Shown piece after piece: positions 1 to 8,835 of a stretch of 64,000 bases of DNA. A program made the translations under genes and the position numbers. The stretch is from a virus (taxonomy: Duplodnaviria > Caudoviricetes): positions 1 through 64,000 of the IMG/VR virus record IMGVR_UViG_3300036951_000320; one strand, given 5' to 3'. Numbering within the stretch: the stretch's first letter is position 1; each line of letters opens with the position of its first letter. A model generated the notes under the pieces. It was not told where the DNA came from and made no database searches. It saw only the letters and a program-made list of their open reading frames with translations.

Positions 1-18
1 AACGGGGTTCAAATGTGA

Positions 19-36
19 GCCCGGACGGTTCCGGGC
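19..36. other. Hairpin upstream of first gene
   Basis: GCCCGGA-CGGT-TCCGGGC perfect 7-bp stem, just upstream of RBS GAAGGGAG at 51-58. Confidence 0.4.
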
Positions 37-67
37 AACAAGAGAAGGTAGAAGGGAGAAAACCATA

Positions 68-1690
68 ATGAACACGAACACGCACGTCGCGACCCTTGGA
101 GGCGAATCGGTCGAGTGCAATCTCGGCACGTATCAGGCGACTGTAGAAGGGCTCATGGCGCGGCATCCCGGTGCGGGAGTGCCTCGCGTGACCCCGATCG
201 CGCCGGCGACGATCGACAAGGCGGTCGCGGTGATCGCGACCCCGACCCCGGCGTCGGTGACGGTAGCGGCTCCGAAGGCAACCGATGCGCCGGCCCCGAC
301 GGTGGGCGGCGGCGCGGTGTGCATCGTGGGCGCGGCTCGGGCGCAAGCCGACTTCAACAAGGCGATCGCGGCGGGGTTCTCTCCCCAGCAACCGCTCTTC
401 ACGCGGGGCACGCGTGTCAATTCGGTGGGCGTTTCAAACGCTCGCAAGAGCCGGGCGGAGTGGGCGGCGATGCCGTTGATCCGCGACTTGTGCGCCGACT
501 TCATTGTGCAGATCGAGCGGGAAGAGCGCACGGACCTTCCGGCTGTTCCCACGGGCGACCTTCGCATGGACAAGGCGGGACAGCTTGTGCTCCCCGGCGG
601 GCGGCGGGTCGCCATGACGATGCGTGGCTTGGAAGGGCTCGTTGCGCGGATCAAGACGGCGGACGGCTCTCCGGTGGGCGGCACGAATTACCTCGCAAAG
701 TGCAAGCCTGAATTGAGAGCAGTGAATATCAACCACCACGCTCGCGATATGATGGAGCGCGAGGTGGCGGCGATCGCGAAGGCGGAAGCCGACGGCGACA
801 AGGTGCCCGAGCGTGGCTTGACGGTGGTCGGCACGCGGCGGGTGCTCGACGCGGAGGGCGGGTTAGTTGAAGCATACCGGGTGGTGTCGGACAGCTACAC
901 CGCGTACGATGTGAACAAGGTGGCGGAGGCTATCCAGCTTGCGGCGCCGGCGAACGCGCATGGAACGGTGAGCTATGACGGCACGCGAGCGAAGTTTGAA
1001 ATCGTCTACCATTCGGACGTTGATGCGTCCGAATACGTGGCGGGCGAAATATTCAAGGCGTGTGTCGTGATCAAGACGGATGACACGGGGCGCGGTGGCT
1101 TGCACGTGTTCGCGGCGCTCTACAGCAATTTGTGTCTGAATTTGATCATTATCGATCGCTCGGTTCAGCAAATCGACGTGATGCGGCACGTGGGCAGTGT
1201 TGAAGCGCTAGCTCACAAGTTTCGCAAGGCGTTCGATCAAGCGATGGAGGCGATCGAACCCTTCATCGCGGCGTGGGGCGAAGCTGCGCATGAAGACGTG
1301 ATCGCGCGTGCCGTGACTACGGAAGTCATGGAGAGCCCCCTCCCGATCGAAGTCGCGCTACCGGGCTTCTTCTCCGCCATGATCTCTCGCAATCTGGTTC
1401 CGGTTCCCCTTCACGGGCGAAAGCGCGAAGAGGTGGTGGCGGATCTCGTGACGGCGTGGAAGGCGGACACCACGGGTGCCGGCCCCACGTCGGGGATGAT
1501 CACGCGGGCAGGGCTTCTCATGGCCTTCACTCGGTATGCACATGAAATCGAACCCGACCCGTTCAAGGGCACGCTGATCGAAGAGGCGGTTGGCTCGCTT
1601 GTCGTCGGCAAGAGCGGGAAGAGGCCGGCCCCCCTCCCCTGGGCCCCGGCGAACGAGAAGAAGGCTTCCGAAGAGATCCCGATGGAGTGA
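68..1690 (+). CDS. DUF932-like phage protein
   Basis: 540 aa; YRVVSDSY, SNLCLNLII and MRHVG resemble DUF932 motifs; good RBS. Confidence 0.65.
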   Translation: MNTNTHVATLGGESVECNLGTYQATVEGLMARHPGAGVPRVTPIAPATIDKAVAVIATPTPASVTVAAPKATDAPAPTVGGGAVCIVGAARAQADFNKAIAAGFSPQQPLFTRGTRVNSVGVSNARKSRAEWAAMPLIRDLCADFIVQIEREERTDLPAVPTGDLRMDKAGQLVLPGGRRVAMTMRGLEGLVARIKTADGSPVGGTNYLAKCKPELRAVNINHHARDMMEREVAAIAKAEADGDKVPERGLTVVGTRRVLDAEGGLVEAYRVVSDSYTAYDVNKVAEAIQLAAPANAHGTVSYDGTRAKFEIVYHSDVDASEYVAGEIFKACVVIKTDDTGRGGLHVFAALYSNLCLNLIIIDRSVQQIDVMRHVGSVEALAHKFRKAFDQAMEAIEPFIAAWGEAAHEDVIARAVTTEVMESPLPIEVALPGFFSAMISRNLVPVPLHGRKREEVVADLVTAWKADTTGAGPTSGMITRAGLLMAFTRYAHEIEPDPFKGTLIEEAVGSLVVGKSGKRPAPLPWAPANEKKASEEIPME

Positions 1691-1700
1691 CGGGCGGCGG

Positions 1701-1742
1701 AGCGCGAAGGCGCCGGGGCGAGCCCCCGGCGCTTTGCGTTTG
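1701..1742 (+). terminator. Intrinsic terminator
   Basis: GCGCCGGGG/CCCCGGCGC stem followed by TTTGCGTTT, right after the stop at 1690. Confidence 0.65.
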
Positions 1743-1812
1743 TGGGCACGGTGGGTGTGGCATCATGCGGGAAGCCCGGAGAAGCGGGGCGCACATGCCA
1801 TATAAAAAACCG

Positions 1813-1841
1813 TTGACGCGGGAGCGAGCATGCCCTATATT
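1813..1841 (+). promoter_or_regulatory. Sigma70-type promoter
   Basis: TTGACG-N17-TATATT upstream of the ATG at 1885. Confidence 0.7.
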
Positions 1842-1884
1842 GCCGGGAAGGGCTCGTTGTGGGCTCGACGGAAGGGAGAAGGGA

Positions 1885-2517
1885 ATGAACGACGCGATCC
1901 GAGCAATGGTAGTAGGGGAGATTACGTTCGCGCGCTTCGTGCGGCGGACGGAAGGCGAATGGATGCGCCTCGCGGCGTGGCTTCATCGCCGGTGGTCGAT
2001 CCCGGCTTCGATGGAAGTGGGCGATGTCATGCAAGAGCTACTTATCGGAGCATGGGAAGCGGGGAGAAGTTTCGATGATACGCGTGGGACGGACCCGGCG
2101 CGCTTCGTGATATGGTCGGCGATCACGCGGGCGAAGAAGGCAATCAATAGGGAGCGGGGGGCGCTCCGACGTGATGATCGAGCACCGAGCCGGCATCCGA
2201 TCGCGGTTTCGAGACTTGCGCGTGATGGGGGAGAGGGGCTCACGGAAACACGTGTTTCCGTGGTGGCGATTGACCCGACACAATACGAGCGGGCGGAGGC
2301 GATCGAACACGTCGTTTCCCTTGTGGCGGGGCTTCCGGCGGGGGAAATAGACGCTGTGCTCGCCTACGTGGCGGCGGCTGGCAATGAAGAGTTGGCAGCA
2401 TTGACGCTTTATGGATCTACTCGGATGCGGCTTGCACTTAGGCTAGGCTGCGAGGATGACGCAAGGATGCATGTGCGGGCGGCTGTCGGACGCGTTGCGC
2501 GTTCGTTTGCGGCATGA
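1885..2517 (+). CDS. Phage RNA polymerase sigma-70-like factor
   Basis: DVMQELLIGAWEAGRSFDDTRGTDPARFVIW matches sigma region 2; start moved to ATG 1885 behind RBS GAAGGGAG. Confidence 0.7.
   Translation: MNDAIRAMVVGEITFARFVRRTEGEWMRLAAWLHRRWSIPASMEVGDVMQELLIGAWEAGRSFDDTRGTDPARFVIWSAITRAKKAINRERGALRRDDRAPSRHPIAVSRLARDGGEGLTETRVSVVAIDPTQYERAEAIEHVVSLVAGLPAGEIDAVLAYVAAAGNEELAALTLYGSTRMRLALRLGCEDDARMHVRAAVGRVARSFAA
2242..2261. promoter_or_regulatory. 20-bp palindrome copy 1 (inside sigma gene)
   Basis: ACGGAAACACGTGTTTCCGT exact; perfect palindrome extends to 22 bp (2241-2262). Confidence 0.9.
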
Positions 2518-2544
2518 TGACGTTGGGAACAGAAGGGATAAACC

Positions 2545-3810
2545 ATGAAGAAAAATGCAGAGGATTTGATTGATCGTGCGTGTGTTGACCCGGCAACCGT
2601 TGATCGATTTCTCGATCATTATGGGCTCGAAAATAGTGGTGATGAATCGGAGAAGGTGACACGACTTGCACGTCACATGGCGGAAGTCACGCCAAAGGAA
2701 GAAATAAGTGATTGTGATAACTGTGGGGGGGAGAGTGACGTTAGGCTGTCCGTTTGCCCTTATTGTGGGGTGGGGGGGGTAGATGATGGGTTGACAGCGG
2801 AGAATGAGCTTCCATTGTTCTCCCATTCAAAAGACAAGGAGGGGAGCAAGTCGGGGAGTAAGTCGGGGAGCAAGTCGGGGAGCAAGTCGGGGAGCAAGTC
2901 GGGGAGCAAGTCGGGGAGCAAAGAACCTCGAAAACGATCCGAAGTGTCCGAAGCCTCTGAAGCCTCCGAAGTGTCCGAAGCCTCTGAAGCCTCCGAAGTG
3001 TCCGAAGCCTCTGAAGCCTCCGAAGTGTCCGAAGCCTCTGAAGCCTCCGAAGATGCTGTCGAAATCGATGAAGGGACCGTGGAAATCGTGCCGTTCTCTT
3101 CAACACCTACGGTCTATACGGAGGAAGCACTTGACGCGGCTGTGGAAGGTGTGAGGCGTGCGAAAACTCGTGCGGTGGTTTCCTATTGGGAATTGGGGCG
3201 TGCGATTCTCTCGTGCTTTTCGGGGAGCCTGTGGAAGCAGCGGCGCGATGCGGAAGGATCCCCGCTCTACAAATCGTGGTCGCAATTTTGCGCGGCCGAG
3301 TTAGAAATGAGCCCACAATATGCATATCGCATGATGGACGTCGCAGCTACGTTTTCGAGCGAAGACGTAGAACGGTTCGGAGTGAACAAGCTGGGGATCA
3401 TGCTTCGCTTGTCGGAGAATCAACGCGAGAAGATGCTCGAAGAGGCGCGGGCGGGGATGCCATACACAACACTTGCGGAGCAAGTGCGTCAACTAAGCCC
3501 CGGCCCGCGTGACACGGGGCGAAAACAAGTCGGTGAAGGGAAGGGCGGTCGAAAACCAAAGGTGGAGGCACCGACAAATTCGGTTACAGTAGCGCTCACG
3601 ATCGGGCGCGTAAAAGTGCCGTTATTTGCTCGGGTCCCGCCGGCAAAGAAGATGGGAACACAAAAGCGCGCAACGCGCCTTGCCGATGATCCGGTTGGCG
3701 AGGAAATTCTTCTGAACGGAGTGATTCAGCGTTTCGTGATCTCGAAGGATTCCGAAGGGCGTTTGATTCTGATAGTCGAACGCCGACGGGCGTCAACCGC
3801 GGAAAAGTGA
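2545..3810 (+). CDS. Zn-finger and DUF3102-like putative DNA-binding protein with low-complexity linker
   Basis: CDNC...CPYC; YWELGRAIL...YKSWSQFCAAELEMSPQYAYRMM resembles DUF3102. Confidence 0.55.
   Translation: MKKNAEDLIDRACVDPATVDRFLDHYGLENSGDESEKVTRLARHMAEVTPKEEISDCDNCGGESDVRLSVCPYCGVGGVDDGLTAENELPLFSHSKDKEGSKSGSKSGSKSGSKSGSKSGSKSGSKEPRKRSEVSEASEASEVSEASEASEVSEASEASEVSEASEASEDAVEIDEGTVEIVPFSSTPTVYTEEALDAAVEGVRRAKTRAVVSYWELGRAILSCFSGSLWKQRRDAEGSPLYKSWSQFCAAELEMSPQYAYRMMDVAATFSSEDVERFGVNKLGIMLRLSENQREKMLEEARAGMPYTTLAEQVRQLSPGPRDTGRKQVGEGKGGRKPKVEAPTNSVTVALTIGRVKVPLFARVPPAKKMGTQKRATRLADDPVGEEILLNGVIQRFVISKDSEGRLILIVERRRASTAEK
2842..2922 (+). repeat. 12-bp tandem repeat encoding (GSKS)n, about 7 copies
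   Basis: GGGAGCAAGTCG units read directly. Confidence 0.9.
2938..3051 (+). repeat. 27-bp tandem repeat encoding (SEVSEASEA)n, about 4 copies
   Basis: TCCGAAGTGTCCGAAGCCTCTGAAGCC units. Confidence 0.9.
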
Positions 3811-3899
3811 TATTACGAGGGGGGACGTAACGGGTCCCGGTCGGCTTGCTCCGACGTGTCGCATTCGTTCTTCTCCCTTCTCTCGAATGGAGGCACGTT

Positions 3900-6329
3900 A
3901 TGAGTGAGCCGACCCGGACCCGCTACGTCAACGCATTTTCAACGGACAACGGGAAGGTGTATGCGATCCGGCGCGACGAAGGCGGGCGCGTGGTGGTGTC
4001 AGAGCGGCGCGCGGAATTCGTCTTCTTCGTGCGGGCGGCGATCGAAGGCGACGTGGCGCGCACGATACGCGGCAACCGCCATTGCATCGGGTTCGCCAAC
4101 GAAGGCGAATGGACGCGCGTTCGTTGGGATCGGCGTGAGGTGGCGATCAAGGCGGCGGAGTGGTTGGCGGAGAACAAGTCGATCGACGCATGCGAAGCGG
4201 ACGTGCCCCCGGTTCGACGTTGGATCACGGATCACGAGATCGAGATCGCGCAACCCCGGCGCGTGTACCTTGATCTTGAAACGGATTCGCGCGTGCCGTT
4301 CAGCCGCAAAGAAGAGGCGCGGATCCTCATGTATTCACTCGTTGATGGCGCGACGGGCGCCAGCAAGGCGCGCGTGCTTGAAGCGGACACGGACGCGGCG
4401 GAGCGCGACTTGCTCGCGACGTTGTGGGCGGAGCTTGAAGCGTGGGATCAAGTGGTCGCGTGGAACGGCGATCGCTTCGACTTCGAAATGCTCGCGGCGC
4501 GCACCGCACACTTGCGGATCAAGGTTGAACGGCGCCGGTGGCTTTGGCTCGACCACCTTGTCTTGTTCCGGCGAATGAACGCGTCGGCGGCGGAAAGCGG
4601 CGAAGAAAAGCAAAGCATGGCGCTTGAAGCCGTGGCGCGTTCCGTGCTCGGGGAAGGCAAGCTCGAAGGCGTAACGGGCGCTTCATCGTGGGCGCTATGG
4701 TCGGGCGGCGAAGAGGGGCGCGCGTTGCTCGTTCGTTATTGCGTTCGCGACTCGGATCTCATGCGGCGGATCGAAGAGCGAACGGGTTACATCGATCTTC
4801 TTCAGACCTTGTGCGAGGCGACACACACCTTCCCGGACACGCACGGGATCAACCCGACGACACAAGTAGAAGGCTTCATGTTGCGGCTTGCGAAGGGGCG
4901 CGGCGTACACTTCCCGACGCACTTCAGGCGCGCGGTGGTCGAACAGTATCGCGGCGCCTTCGTGATGGAGCCTTCCTACAAGGGGATCTTGCGGCACGTG
5001 CATGTGGGCGACTTCGCTTCCCTGTACCCTTCGATCATTCTCACGTGGAACATGAGCCTCGAAACGCATCGACCCGACGTGATCCTTCGGGAGCGTGCGG
5101 AGGGGCGCCCCGTCTACTTGTCGCATCTTCCCTTGCAAGAATTTCCGCGACCCGAAGGAACGTGCGAGGTTCCGATCACCGAAGCCGTGTTCGCGAACGA
5201 ACCGCGCGGGATACTTGCGGAAGCGCTTGAAACAATGATCGGGCTTCGTAAAGCGTGGAATGAGCGCAAGGCGAATTTGCCTCCCGGCACGGAAGAATGG
5301 AAGGACGCCGATCGGCGTGCAACGGCTTACAAGATAGCGGCAAACTCATTCTACGGGGTGGTGGGATCTCCCTTCTCCCGGTTCTTCCAGCGGGAGGTGG
5401 CGGAAAGCGTTTCGCAAGGTGGCGTGTGGTTGATCGGCAAAACGATCGACGCGGCGAAGGACGAAGGCATGCGCGTTGTGTACGGTGACACGGATTCGAT
5501 CTTCGTCGCCGGGCTCGACGGTTCCTTGCCTGGCTCGACTGGCTACGCCGCCTTCGGCGACTTCGTGAAGCGATGCAACGCGGAGCTTTACCCCCGGATT
5601 CTCGCAAGCAAGGGATGCGCGCGAAATCACATCAAGCTTGCCTATGAGAAAGCGTTCGATCGGATCGTGTTCGTTACCGCGAAGCGATACGTCGGGCGCT
5701 ACTCGCATTTCAAGGGCACGGTTGCGACGGCGGACAGCAAGCCGGAGGTGAAGGGGCTCGAATACAAGCGCGGCGACGTGGCGAAGCTTGCGCGGGAGCT
5801 TCAAGCTGAAGTCGTGGCGCTTCTCATGGCGGGCGACGACCCGCCCGGTCCCGAAGTCTTCGTTCCAGTGCTCGATCGATGGAAGACACACGTGCTCGAT
5901 GGGGAGCTTGCGATCGGTGACGTGATGCTCGCGAAGCGGCTTTCGAAGCCGTTGAAGGAATACGCGCGGCGCACGAAGCAGGACGGCTCATTTGCCGCTG
6001 AACCCCCTCACGTGGCGGTGGCGCGCGTGTTGAAAGAACGCGGCGCGGACGTAGGCGAAGGCGTCAAGATTGAATACTTCGTGGTCGACGGGGAGGAATC
6101 GCCGATGAAGGTTCTGCCGGCGGCGGACTTCGCGGGCATCTTCGATCGGTTCTACTTGTGGGAATCCCTCGTGTACCTCCCGACGCAACGATTGCTTGAA
6201 GCGGCGTTCCCGGCGTTCAATTGGAAGCCGTGGGAACGGGTGCGGCCCCCGAAGGTGCGCGCACGCTCACAGGCGACGAAGGCGGCGACACGGTGCAAGG
6301 TTCCCAAAGGGCAAGGGAGCCTCTTCTAG
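3900..6329 (+). CDS. polB: DNA polymerase family B
   Basis: ExoI YLDLETD, ExoII WNGDRFD, ExoIII YCVRD; polymerase motifs DFASLYPSII, KIAANSFYG, YGDTDS, KRY; RBS GGAGG before ATG 3900. Confidence 0.95.
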   Translation: MSEPTRTRYVNAFSTDNGKVYAIRRDEGGRVVVSERRAEFVFFVRAAIEGDVARTIRGNRHCIGFANEGEWTRVRWDRREVAIKAAEWLAENKSIDACEADVPPVRRWITDHEIEIAQPRRVYLDLETDSRVPFSRKEEARILMYSLVDGATGASKARVLEADTDAAERDLLATLWAELEAWDQVVAWNGDRFDFEMLAARTAHLRIKVERRRWLWLDHLVLFRRMNASAAESGEEKQSMALEAVARSVLGEGKLEGVTGASSWALWSGGEEGRALLVRYCVRDSDLMRRIEERTGYIDLLQTLCEATHTFPDTHGINPTTQVEGFMLRLAKGRGVHFPTHFRRAVVEQYRGAFVMEPSYKGILRHVHVGDFASLYPSIILTWNMSLETHRPDVILRERAEGRPVYLSHLPLQEFPRPEGTCEVPITEAVFANEPRGILAEALETMIGLRKAWNERKANLPPGTEEWKDADRRATAYKIAANSFYGVVGSPFSRFFQREVAESVSQGGVWLIGKTIDAAKDEGMRVVYGDTDSIFVAGLDGSLPGSTGYAAFGDFVKRCNAELYPRILASKGCARNHIKLAYEKAFDRIVFVTAKRYVGRYSHFKGTVATADSKPEVKGLEYKRGDVAKLARELQAEVVALLMAGDDPPGPEVFVPVLDRWKTHVLDGELAIGDVMLAKRLSKPLKEYARRTKQDGSFAAEPPHVAVARVLKERGADVGEGVKIEYFVVDGEESPMKVLPAADFAGIFDRFYLWESLVYLPTQRLLEAAFPAFNWKPWERVRPPKVRARSQATKAATRCKVPKGQGSLF

Positions 6330-6364
6330 CGCGGCATGATGCGGGAGAACACGGAGGCTTGATC

Positions 6365-6997
6365 ATGCGGAAGCGAAGCGACGTAGTGGGTAATGCGACC
6401 CCGAAAACGGCACCGGCGCCAGCGGAGGCGGTGGAAGCGCCCCCCGTGTCGGCGGTGGTGTCGGAGCTTGCGAAGCGGCGGGAAGAGGCGGCGGAAGCGC
6501 TGGAATACCTCACGTTGGGCGCAGGCTTCGATCGCGTCACGGAGCGCGTGTTCGCGGCGTGCGACCCCGAACGCGACTTTGGACGCATCGAAGAGGAGCT
6601 TTCGATCGGTGTGGCAGCACACCGGGCGGACTACGCGACGATCGCGGATGCGTTGGAACGCTCGGAAGACAACGCGCGGATAGCGCACCGGCTTCTTGTT
6701 GGGGCGAAGGTGGCGCATGATCGGTTCGAGGCCGACGCGGAGGTGATTGCAACGAGCATGCGCGAACAAGCCGTGGCACGGCTTCAAGCGGAGAAGGGGC
6801 GCGGCGAGAGATCGAAGGCGATCACCGATGCGGATGTGGTGTCCATGATGGCGGCGCTTTTCCCCGACGAATGGCGCGCAACCGAAGAGCGGCGGAGCAA
6901 GGCGCGGCGCATGACGGCGCACCTTGAACGGCTTGCGGACTTGTGGGCGTCGCGATGCCGCACGCTTTCCGCGTTGCTCGGAAGCATGCGGAGGTAG
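6365..6997 (+). CDS. Helical protein, possible UvsY-like recombination mediator
   Basis: Alpha-helical protein in the polB-SSB-RecA cluster; RBS GGAGG; function inferred from context. Confidence 0.4.
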   Translation: MRKRSDVVGNATPKTAPAPAEAVEAPPVSAVVSELAKRREEAAEALEYLTLGAGFDRVTERVFAACDPERDFGRIEEELSIGVAAHRADYATIADALERSEDNARIAHRLLVGAKVAHDRFEADAEVIATSMREQAVARLQAEKGRGERSKAITDADVVSMMAALFPDEWRATEERRSKARRMTAHLERLADLWASRCRTLSALLGSMRR

Positions 6998-6998
6998 C

Positions 6999-7382
6999 AT
7001 GGATCGCACGAAGTTTGAGAATCACAACCGGGAGGCATTCGAGCGTGCTGTGCGGGAAGAGTGCGCAGCAATCGCCGATCTCTTGATCGAAAAAAATCGC
7101 CGCTACGGGGCTTCGGTGTTCTATCCGTTATCGGTGTTTTCGCGGGCAGGGTGGGAGGAAGCGATCCGTGTGAGACTCGATGATAAGCTAGCGAGGCTCG
7201 CACGTTCGGGCGAAGCCGTGAGCATGGAAGACGGGGAAGACACGATTGCGGACGTGATCGGTTACTTGCTCTTGTGGCGCGTGGGACTTCAATTGTTCGG
7301 AAGCGACGCGCGCAAACGCGGCATGATCACAAGTAAGTCAACGGCGGCGCCTATGACAGCAACGAACAAGCAACGAAGGTAG
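6999..7382 (+). CDS. DUF1599 / nucleotide-modification-associated domain protein
   Basis: KNRRYG...RLDDKLARL...EDTIADVIGYLLL pattern. Confidence 0.7.
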   Translation: MDRTKFENHNREAFERAVREECAAIADLLIEKNRRYGASVFYPLSVFSRAGWEEAIRVRLDDKLARLARSGEAVSMEDGEDTIADVIGYLLLWRVGLQLFGSDARKRGMITSKSTAAPMTATNKQRR

Positions 7383-7412
7383 GTAGAAGCAATGAGAAAT
7401 TACGGAAGCGCG

Positions 7413-8834
7413 ATGGATCTGGATACGTTCCTTGAACATTCGACCGGTGGCGGCGGTGGTCGGGGATCGTTCCTTGGCAATTGGAAGAAGAACGACCCCC
7501 CGAAGATCACGATCTGGCTTCACACGCAAGCGGGCTTCGTCGCGCGGTGGGGGCACGGATTCCAGCGGATCGTTGTGCGCGAAGCCCGTGAAACGGGCGA
7601 CAAGCGGGCGGAGGTGTGGGGCACCTCGTTCGTGTGTCACGAACGAGAACTGATTCTGAAGAAGCAGCGCTTTCGCGATGACAACGACGCACGGGAATAC
7701 CCCCCCGAAGTCTGCCCTATGTGCAAGGCGATCGAACACGTGCGAACCCTTGTTCGCGAGCATGAGATCGCGTGGATCGATCCGATCTTTCGGTTCGAGG
7801 GTGACGACCCCGAACGCAACGTGGTGATCACGGCGGGCGGCTTCTACAACGCCTTCGCGCGGAAGGATCTCACCCCTCGCGAGATCGCGGAGCTTCGCAA
7901 GGCGAACATCCGGCGCGATGAAGCCTGGAAGGAAAACGCGATTGCCAGGTGCCAGTATGTATTTTCAGTTGTGAACAACGATGCTCCCGAGGAAGGATGC
8001 CAGATCGCAACGGAGGCGGAAGCGCTCGGAAACGCAATGAAGGCAAGAATTCGCGACAAGATCGAAGAGGTGGGGCGCGAAGAGGGGAACCCCCTTCGGA
8101 ACCCCTACGCTTTTCTTTGGGAATATAGGGAGGCGGAGCAATTCGATAAGAAATACAGGGTGGTCCCCATGACGAAGCAACCGTTGTCGGAAGAGATCCG
8201 GCGGTTGATCGTCGACGAACCGCCTCCGGATCTATCCGACTACACGGCGCCGGGGAACGTCGCAATGCTTCGCGCGGATATGGAGCGCTTTGCGTTGATT
8301 GATTTTCCGTGGGACGAAATCTTCGGGGAGGCGGAGAAGCGCGCGGAGCGCGACGCAACGTGCTTCGATCCCGAAGAGATCGAGCGGGAAGAGGCGGAGG
8401 CGAACGCACGCAAGGCGAAGCCGGCACGGGTGCCCGAAGTCAAGGGCAAGCCCGAGCCGGCGGCGAAGGCGCCAACGAAGGCGCCAACGAAGGCGCCAAC
8501 GAAGGCGACACCGAAGGCGGAGCCCGAAGAGCTTTTCGCTTGCGACCATTGTGGCTTCGAAGGGCTCCGGGCGACGGACGTTGAATGCTCGAAGTGCGGA
8601 ACGATCTTCGACGAAGATGGGCGCATGACGCATCGCCCTTGCGTTAAGGATGGATGCGCAACGCTCGTTGAAGTGGGCGGCGAAGAGCGTACCATTTGCG
8701 GCGTGTGCGGCACGATCCACGAAGTCGCAACATGGACGGCGGTGACGCGGGGGAACCCGAAGCCTGCCCCTCGCTCACGAAGCACGGCGGGCAAGGCGGA
8801 GAAGGGTGGCTACGATCTTCCGTGGGGGAAATAG
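7413..8834 (+). CDS. gp32-like single-stranded DNA-binding protein with C-terminal Zn ribbons
   Basis: Core with CPMC; acidic/aromatic C-terminus GGYDLPWGK; lies between polB and recA; alternative start 7392. Confidence 0.55.
   Translation: MDLDTFLEHSTGGGGGRGSFLGNWKKNDPPKITIWLHTQAGFVARWGHGFQRIVVREARETGDKRAEVWGTSFVCHERELILKKQRFRDDNDAREYPPEVCPMCKAIEHVRTLVREHEIAWIDPIFRFEGDDPERNVVITAGGFYNAFARKDLTPREIAELRKANIRRDEAWKENAIARCQYVFSVVNNDAPEEGCQIATEAEALGNAMKARIRDKIEEVGREEGNPLRNPYAFLWEYREAEQFDKKYRVVPMTKQPLSEEIRRLIVDEPPPDLSDYTAPGNVAMLRADMERFALIDFPWDEIFGEAEKRAERDATCFDPEEIEREEAEANARKAKPARVPEVKGKPEPAAKAPTKAPTKAPTKATPKAEPEELFACDHCGFEGLRATDVECSKCGTIFDEDGRMTHRPCVKDGCATLVEVGGEERTICGVCGTIHEVATWTAVTRGNPKPAPRSRSTAGKAEKGGYDLPWGK
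8466..8519 (+). repeat. 12-bp tandem repeat encoding (KAPT)n
   Basis: AAGGCGCCAACG x3 plus a variant. Confidence 0.85.
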
Positions 8835-8835
8835 C

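Noticed and set aside
1687-1884. Longer starts from the ORF track (1687, 3846, 6221, 21830, 48612 and others)
   Set aside because: They overlap terminators, promoters or upstream genes; downstream ATGs have an RBS or -10 signature.
2242-2261. Palindrome as canonical parS
   Set aside because: The arms are swapped relative to TGTTTCACGTGAAACA, and the ParB-like protein has no recognisable HTH; kept only as a hypothesis.
3871-3893. Hairpin sequestering the polB RBS (T4 gp43-like autoregulation)
   Set aside because: Only about 5 bp of pairing, including a GU pair; too weak to support.
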